From the NCBI GenBank assembly GCA_044892525.1, contig CM097885.1, positions 7,814,001 through 7,878,000 of the forward strand: 64,000 bases of DNA, in the 5' to 3' direction. Of this stretch, positions 55,620 through 64,000 are shown piece by piece. This DNA comes from Schmidtea polychroa. Taxonomy: Eukaryota. The notes beneath the pieces are model-generated. The model did no database searches. It saw only the letters and a program-made list of their open reading frames with translations, and had not been told where the DNA came from. The first letter of the stretch is position 1. Each line of letters opens with the position of its first letter. The position numbers and the translations under genes were made by a program.

Positions 55620-56295
55620 AATATTTTAGACCATAAATAACTTTAATTCAATTTTTAGACCCATAATTTACTGTAATTGAAAAATCTGAGCCCATAATTT
55701 AATTAAATTTTTAGACCCATCATTTACTTTAATTCAAAAATCTGAGCCCATAATTTGCTGTAATTCATTTTTAGACCCTTAATTTACTTAATTTCAAAAA
55801 TTTACCACGCTTTTTAGTGTGGACCACCTTTTTCTATAGGATTATCAGGACCAAGAAGACTCACCTTAATTTACTTTAAATATTCTATGCTTTTTTAGTG
55901 ATAATCAGATTTTTGTATTGAAAATATCATGGGACCTTAAATTACCACTGTTTTTTAGTGTAGACCACCTTCTTCTATTGAATATATCCTGAGACCTTAA
56001 TTTACCATGCTTTTTTATTGAAGACCGCCATTTTGTATTGAAAATTCCAGGACCATCGAGAGCCCCTCACTATAGTCTGAATAATCCATGCTTTTTTATT
56101 GAAGACCACCTTTTTGTATTTAAAAAAATTTTTGTATTGAAAATCCCAGGACCATGGAGACCCCCTCACTATAGTCTGAAAAAAAAATATTTTGTACTAA
56201 AAATCCTTGAAAGCAAAGAAAGTGAGTTGCCCCATTTGCGTAATCAAAATTTGCCTCAGAATTTGATTGCGGCAGGGGGACACTAACTACCTACT
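55620..56295. mobile_element. Right-terminal fragment of the 10324-25562 element family
   Basis: Same ~30-bp CCATAATTTACTGTAATT array and CAGGACCATCGAG...CCCTCACTATAGTCTGA motifs; terminus ...CTACCTACT at 56295. Confidence 0.8.
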
Positions 56296-56426
56296 AACTT
56301 GAACTGTAATAGTTATACGTGTTTCATACTGTTTTGCTTTCCGTTATGTGTTTTAGTTTCGCAGTTGCGTATCGTCACGGTAAGATGTAGGAAGGCCACA
56401 TACGCACTGTAATCTAACATTTGGCA

Positions 56427-57190
56427 TGAGATGACCAGATTTTTAGATGAGCAAAGCGGGACAACAAATATTTTCATATAGAATAAAAATAATATGGTAA
56501 TATTTTTTGATTTTTAACATAAGTACAATTTATAAATATAAAAAATTGTATAATATTTTATTCCTTGACATATTATTAGTTTGATTAAAATATTTGCAAA
56601 ATTTTAATTTTTTATTTCTTTCTAAAATTTCTTTAAGGATTAGGGTCAGTGATATACTTTTTGTTATCAATATAAAATTGAAGACTACGAGTATTTTAAG
56701 CTAAGTTTAAGAAAATTTATGTATTTATGAAATATATAAATAAATAACTTACCTTAATTTTCTATGGTAAGTAGCAGATTTGTAATATTTATTTGTTTAA
56801 TTAGCTTCCTAGCACGCAGTATGTGTTAGTCTTAGCAGTCTATAGGATTCTTAGAATGAAAAACAATGATTTTCATAAATATAAAATTTAACTTAATTTT
56901 AAAAGTCCGGACTTTTAAAAAACGTTGCGGGACGCGTGATAAATCGTGAAAAATCGGGACTGTTCCGCGGCGGGATACAGAAAAATTGTGTTAGTCAGCG
57001 TATGCGTGGGGAAGTCCCGAATTGTGATTACGCTGACTAATAATACATAATACATATCATATACTATTAAAACAAGATTTAACCCTGAATTTTTCGCCCC
57101 TAAATTCGTGCGCCTGTAGCAGACTGCTTCAACTGATCCCCGGTAGCTACGCCCCTGATCCCGCGAAAAGCGGGTCGTCTGGTCACCTTA
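56427..57190. mobile_element. hAT-type non-autonomous element with a nested fragment of another element
   Basis: Ends TGAGATGACCAGA / TCTGGTCACCTTA, CGGGAC subterminal motifs, 8-bp TSD ATTTGGCA / ATTTAGCA (7/8). The internal GTAGCTACGCCCCTG (57143-57157) resembles a second TIR end. Confidence 0.65.
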
Positions 57191-59862
57191 ATTTAGCAGC
57201 ACAGTGGTTGGAGGAGAATCACTGAAAAAATGCACTGTACTTTTGTATATTTTCTTTATTTGAAATAATTATTTTCAGCCAATATTTGGTGAGAAAATAT
57301 TTACATAAATTATTTAACAAATACATCAAATATTTCATTGTAGAAAGTCCAAAAATTTACTATAATGTTCACATGAAATCCAGGAGGTGGATAAATAATT
57401 CAATGAAAATAAATTATTAATAAATAAATTATTTTGGAAAAATTCAAATATAAAATTTCATTAAATAAAAAACTGAACATTGGAGAAAAGAAATTATTAA
57501 TTAAATTTATTGTTTGAATCAGTATGATAATGGCCAATAAAAGGAAAGAATATTCCAAAAAAAGGAGTTGGTGAAGAAATATATTGTCAGTTTTTAAATG
57601 GAATTATAATGAAAATTCAATAAAAAATGAAAAAAAAATATAAAAAAATATAAAAAAATTTATTAAAATAAAATTATTCACCAGTGATCTAGATCCCAAT
57701 CTCGGTCATCATTCAGCAACAAAATATGAAGAAATAATTTTATAAATACAAAAAAAGAATTAAATAAAAAACGAGAAAAGTCATCAAAATTGATTTTGGA
57801 AAGCGATTTCCATGAGAGTGAAAGTCGAGAAAGATTATTATGATGAAAATGGGAGGAATTGTACAGGTGAGATGAAAATCATTTATTACAAAATTTTCTA
57901 AAGTATTCAAAGGAGACTTAAAATTCAGAAATTCAGATTTTAGCCTAAGGTAAGAAAAACATCAACCAAGAATTGACGTATAGAAAAAATTTAAAAAATT
58001 AAGAAATTAAGAAGTAAGAATGATCTCGTTAAAAATGGTAAAAGTATAGTTGATTGTACATTTTTTGAATCAGTTGTAATTAATTTGTTATCAATATATT
58101 TTGTGTGATTTTGTTAACTTTTGCGTTTATTAAAAAACAGAAAGAGTCAGCGACCGACTACAATATTAATTCCTTAACTTTCCACAAAGATATCATCCAA
58201 TCCTCCTTATAACTAGTAGGGAAAGTATTTATTCCTATTACATCGGCCTTCAACGAAAAGAGTATCTGTAGTTTCCTAATATATAATTATTTTAATGAAA
58301 CAAGTTAATTATATATATACATAATAAAAAATTGAATATGCTCACCATGAAATCCCATATTCACAATACGTTGACCACTTAATTGTTCAAAATTGAATTA
58401 TGGCGTTCTCTGTTGATTATTGAGATGTGACATAACTAATCCTTTTTTGTCCTATGACAATGTGACCCAAAGAATTGAAAATTTTTATCAGACAAAAAAC
58501 AACCCCAAATCCGACATCAATTCTCAAAAGTCGTTAATCATTGTCTTTTAATTCATTAGAGAAACATAAATTTTTTTTTATTTTTTTTTGTATTTATCGA
58601 TTATGCTAACTGCAATTTTCTTTCTAATTTCATTCATAAATTAAATTAAATTTCATTTGTTTGTTTTGCCGATAATGTTTAAATGAAAAGTATAATTAAA
58701 ACAAAAATTAATCTATAAATGAGAGATAACCTTAAAAATATATCGATTATCGATATTAAGAAGGAATAAAAAAATAGGAAATTACACAACAATAAAAGCA
58801 TTAATTTTTTTTAAAACAAACATTTTTGACAAAATATCCTGTCTACGCGCGTCAATACGTTTTATAATATATATTCAGTTAATTCTTGTTCGTTTAATAT
58901 CATTATTTTTATTATATCAAAATCACTGATATTAAAACAAATATTTTCAAAACAATTAATATTTCTGATATCGATAATTGAAAATCACTTTAAAAGACTG
59001 CTGAAATTCGTGAATATCAAAAAAAGACATCAACATTAATTTTTTAATAAATACAATTTCAATTGAAAAAGGTTCTTATAATATTCAAAACTGTAGTTTA
59101 TATTTTAAATTTTAAATTTAATATTTTTTTTAAAAATTCCTTTTATATAAATTTTTTCATTTTTCAAGCAAATGGAAAGAATTTTCACAAAAATTTCTAT
59201 AAAATACTGTCAGCTTATTGTTTTAAATTTACGCAGGTGACATACGTAAAAACGCATTCTCAAATACTTTTCTAATCAAAATATGACCTGTATGAATATT
59301 TTAAAAAAATAAAGTCTCTCTAGAAAAGCAATTTTAATAAGGTTATGTAATTATTAGACTTAAAAATATAAAAAATATAGTATAATATTTCAATTTTGTT
59401 TGAAAATCAACTTTATTCTATCGAATGATGTATAATTTATTCAGTTTCACCAAGTATCTGTTGAAATTGTTATTCTTTGTTAAAAATATTTTAGAATAAT
59501 ATTTTAATTCATTAAAGTTATTTAGCGTTTTAATTAAAAATTAAATTTTCTTTAAAGAATTAAATAGAAATTAAAATTAACAAAGATTTTCAAATAATAA
59601 ATGCCTATTAATAAAAAATGAACATATATTTTATTAAACTTTTGATATGTAATTAATATTAAATTAAAATTAATTAAAATTTAGCTTATGGTGTAATAGT
59701 AAAAACACTTTGGTATACTTACTACATATTAAGCCTTGTAGAATAAATCTAACTTATTGATTTGAATTTTTGCACAATAGTCATGGTAACAGTAATTATA
59801 ATTTAGGAATCAAATGGTTTCAAATTGATATCAAATTTAATAGTTAATTAAATGAAAATAAT

Positions 59863-59912
<50 letters not shown>

Positions 59913-59932
59913 ATAATAATAATAATAATAAT

Positions 59933-60058
<126 letters not shown>

Positions 60059-61416
60059 CAAAATAGGAATAATAAGAAATTTATACTGGTTAACCCATTT
60101 GAAAAAAACATTTGACCTCATCGTTGTAGATTAAGAAAATTCATTGCTAAAATATCTCAAAAGTTACCAAAGAGAGTAAAAGAAAAAAAATCCCAATTTC
60201 TCAATCCAAATAAATTAAATAAAGAATTGAGCAGCTGGACATATTTGAATATCAAATCCCCAGTTATTTGTGATTTGAATAATTGCAAGTTTAAAATTCA
60301 ACCTTAATTCATTACTAAATTCCCCAATAAAATCTATCTGTCGAAAAGAAACAACAGTAAAACACGAAGTAAATGAAACAAAATTTGAATTGGCGACAAA
60401 TTTCTATGAGTCGAACTTGATTAAGAAAACGAGAGCCTTAAAACCTAAAACTACTTGTTTTGTTTTAATGGGATAATTAAAAGGAGTACTATTGATTATT
60501 TTCTGTGTTGATCTAATAAATAGGAATGAAGAAAAAACGACTTCAATTTACAAAAAAAAATTATTCAAAAATTTAAATTATTCTGAGTTTTTGTTTTAAT
60601 AAAGTCTTTTTCTTTTCTAAAGATTTTTAAATTAGAAAAATTCAAAAAGTATGTATAATTAATTAAAAATTTAGTATTTGTATTCTTTTGCAAATAATGT
60701 CTGATTTATGGTAAATAAACTAGGGAAAAAACAAAATACTTACATTAAATTGTTATTTTTTAAAATTAAATATCATTAAAATATATTTCTTTAATTGGCT
60801 ATTTGTTTTTTTTTGCGAGTTCATTAAAACGATACTAAAATTATGTTTCTTTTATTTTGAATTATATTTTTGAAATTTTAAATTAAACGAAATAATAACA
60901 TTTTTTTATTGAATCAGGTCTATTAAATAAACAACTGCTGGAGTTTTCGAAATAATAGGGAAAAAAAACTTTTAACAGCAAAATTAAAAAAACCCATTTG
61001 TATTGGTTTTGCAAATATTTGCAACACGATATTTAAACGTTATGTTACATTTTACTTATTAAAAACTTCTATAGTAAAAATACTGTTATATTTTTAAAAT
61101 TTTACTTTTGCCGAGTTTAAAATTTTCCCAACTTCGGTCACTCATTTAAAACAACAATGATAAAAATGTATTTCAATAATATAAAATGTTCTTTTGGTTA
61201 ATGGCTTTTTTATTTTTGTATTTTATTTTCTCGTCAAAGCAAACAATTTTACAGTGAGCAAACTATTTTTATAATAGTAATTTCATTATAGTTATTAAAT
61301 TTTATTTAATCAAACTTAAACCAATGAAAAGACAGAAAATGAATATATTAAGGAAAACCAATAATGGAGTAAAATATTTTTTTTACGGATGTCTAACATT
61401 AAAATAATATAAACAT

Positions 61417-61469
61417 TACAAGCTTTGTGATACCCAGTGCAAATCCCAATAGTAGACTAGTTTTGAGCA
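61417..61469 (-). repeat. Fragment of the 383-bp retrozyme unit, truncated within the hammerhead
   Basis: TACAAGCTTTGTGATACCCAGTGCAAATCCCAATAGTAGACTAGTTTTGAGC matches the unit. Confidence 0.85.
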
Positions 61470-61914
61470 TAAATCAAAATAGAAACATTTTTAAAAATAT
61501 TTAAATTGCGTATATAAATAGCTATTGGAAACTATATTTTATACATATTTTAAGAGTATTTAATAAATAAGGTTTCTACGAGCTAATTATAGAAGCTTTA
61601 AAAATTTAAAGATTTTTCTTTGTGAGTCGTTTTGAATTTTAAAGGATATTTAATTAAAACATCTTTAGAAATTTTATATGCTTCAGAAAAAAGTTTATTA
61701 TCATTATTGACCAATAAGAAGTAAAAAAATGGAAATAAAAGAGAAAATAAAAAAAGCTAAAATCCATGAAATTGAAAAGGACTATCTTATATTTGAAATT
61801 TTTTCATTTGTATTAAATATATTATTCGTAGCAAAGGGCTTAAATTATCATTTAATTGTTTAAATTTTAATTAATGCTGCTACCAAGTAATCATCAATTT
61901 ATACTATAATTATA

Positions 61915-62430
61915 TCACTTGAATAAAATAAACAGTACAAGCTTTGTGATAACCAGTGCAAATCCCAACAGCAGACTAGTTTAGAGCTTTTGGCTCTCAT
62001 CAATACTATCAAGATTTCTCTTTGCGTCAGGTAAGTATACAATATTGCTGATTCACTCTATTGAATACTTTCCCCGATACACTGGAAATCACATCGTTTG
62101 CAAATTAGCTTGGTCACAAAAAAATCTGTAAACTTGTAAGCATGGCCTATGAAAAATCATAATCACCTCTGCGGACTAAAAACTTAGTCGATACACAGAA
62201 ACTGTTTACAAGTGCATCTGATTACCTTTAGTATTTTTAACTTATAAAATAATGTTGTAACATTTTTGTCGGATGTCTCACTTGAAATCTTCATGTCTCC
62301 TGCATAGTACTGATGAGAGCCAAAAATAAAATAAATAGTACAAGCTTTGTGATACCCAGTACAATTTCCCAACAGTAGACTTGTTTCGAGCTGTTGGCTC
62401 TCATCAGTACTATGCAGGAGACGCGAAAAT
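61915..62430 (-). mobile_element. Diverged ~1.3-unit retrozyme copy with an internal inverted half-hammerhead
   Basis: Homologous to the 383-bp unit. The HHR at 61963-62009 has core mutations (UUGAUGA, UAAA); the HHR at 62367-62419 has an intact core. An inverted 5' half sits at 62284-62325. Confidence 0.85.
62367..62419 (-). ncRNA. Type I hammerhead ribozyme variant
   Basis: AUAGUA CUGAUGA GAGC-CAACA-GCUC GAAA CAAG UC^ UACUGU. Stem I is kept through a U-G wobble; the stem III palindrome is broken (ACAAGU). Confidence 0.75.
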
Positions 62431-64000
62431 TTATGCTAAAGAAAAATGCTTAGAATTTATATTCAAATAAAATAATTGTAGAACTCTTTAAATAGTAGAG
62501 TTTGCGTAATCACTAACTAATTGTATTGTATTACACAATGTACAATAAAATTGATTATATATTCGGTATTTGGCCTTTGATGCAATATCATATCTAACGT
62601 TATTATGAGGGGTGAGTAATATCATTTAGAAATTGAAAAATTAAGTTTGGTTTTAATAAAATTGAGATTATTAAATTTTGATTTTATTTATAATGTTAAG
62701 AAATTTAGAATTTAATTTAAGATATAATATATAAAATATTTACACAGCATGTCGAAATGTATGTTTGAAATGATAACTTGTAAAGAAGAATTATAGTTAA
62801 ATGAAATTTTCCGCTTCGGTCATTATATGACACCCCCCCTGCTATATTTATTTGTTTTCCAGCCTTTTATAATTTGTTAATATGAGGCGACAAATTAATG
62901 AATTTTTTTCTACAATCTCTTCGGTTTCTTATGCATATATCTTATTATAAAATAATAATAAATATATATAAAAAAATATAAAAATTATTAGTGATATAAT
63001 ATATAGTATAATGTCATATTCTGTCTTTTCAAAATAAGGGGTTATTGTAAAATAAAATTTTTAATAAATATTAAACTCAATGATTGAATTTCCATGATAT
63101 CTTTTAATTATAATTAATACAATTGTTTTAATTAATCAAAAATAATTCCAATCGATTTCCAAAAAGATGAATATAAACAAATTCCCACATTTTCTAAATC
63201 CCTGTCGATGAAGCATAAATTTAATTTACAATAATCCATTTGATGCTAGAATTATCAGAAAAAAATTAATTGCCTTATAGTGAATGTCTATCAAAATTTC
63301 TCCTAAATTTCCACATGTCGATTCTATATTTTTATAATTGAAAAACCATATTTACTATTAATTTAAATTTAAAAAAATATATAATTTCTTTTTTTTTCAC
63401 TCACGTATTGCCTAATTGTTTAAATGCATTCAAATTTATAAACTTCATTTTATAAAGTAAAACAAACTTAATAAAAAGCAATTAGACAAACAAATCCCAA
63501 TTTGTTATTCTGGAATTTGAAATCAGTATAAAATTTCTTGTTTAAATTTCCATTGCTCCATTTGATATTTGGAATTTGAAAATTAAGCCGGTTTGTAATT
63601 ACTTCAGACGACTTAAAAGGTAAATAAGGAAAAATTCAAATAAATAAAAAAAAATCTTTATAAACTGTTACTTTGAAACTCTATCTTCGACTTCAAAAGA
63701 TGATCAATGAAATACAAAGGTTATTTCGGATATAACTAAAAATAATTTATAGAAAAAAAGTATTAACCGTTTGCGACGGATTTTGTTCCAGACGTTCTAC
63801 AATGTATAATGGCCAGCTGTGCTGGCCAAACTTTAAAAAAATCATACCACGATATCGGGCATTCGTATACTAAAAGATTTTATGCTAAAAAATAATATAT
63901 TAAAATACTACTTATTAAAATTAATTCCATCCGCAAACGATTAAATCAAATTTAAAATTAAAATCTTACACTTTTATACACAGAACATCTGCAATAATTA

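Noticed and set aside
46818..56301. Single intact element from 46824 to 56295
   Set aside because: The two tips are different terminus types and the flanks (CCCCAT vs AACTTG) are not a TSD.

Overview
Very AT-rich eukaryotic (animal-like) genomic DNA with many (AAT)n microsatellites. It is dominated by mobile elements and shows no convincing host gene. A flatworm/planarian-like host is only an impression. (1) 1-6868 is the right part of a Polinton/Maverick. It carries a protein-primed PolB with a probable spliced 5' extension (four short phase-1 exons) and a 1-nt frameshift at ~4093, an IAP-type RING gene, subterminal repeats and a ...ACTACT terminus. It is inserted into the start of a Gypsy pol frame just past a gag ORF with a clear -1 frameshift signal. 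(2) 10324-25562 is a 15.2 kb non-coding, almost entirely palindromic element with ~7 kb arms, an 854 bp spacer, Polinton-style AGT...ACT ends, terminal C/G hairpins and a perfect 6-bp TSD (AATAAC). (3) 41011-42114 is an array of 383-bp units, each carrying a type I hammerhead ribozyme (retrozyme-like); degenerate copies lie at 61.4-62.4 kb. (4) 46824-56295 is a composite non-autonomous Polinton derivative. It shares termini and the RING gene with (1) and internal sequence plus a terminus type with (2). There are also small hAT, pogo-like and Helitron remnants and LTR-like segments. Everything was read by eye; no searches were run.
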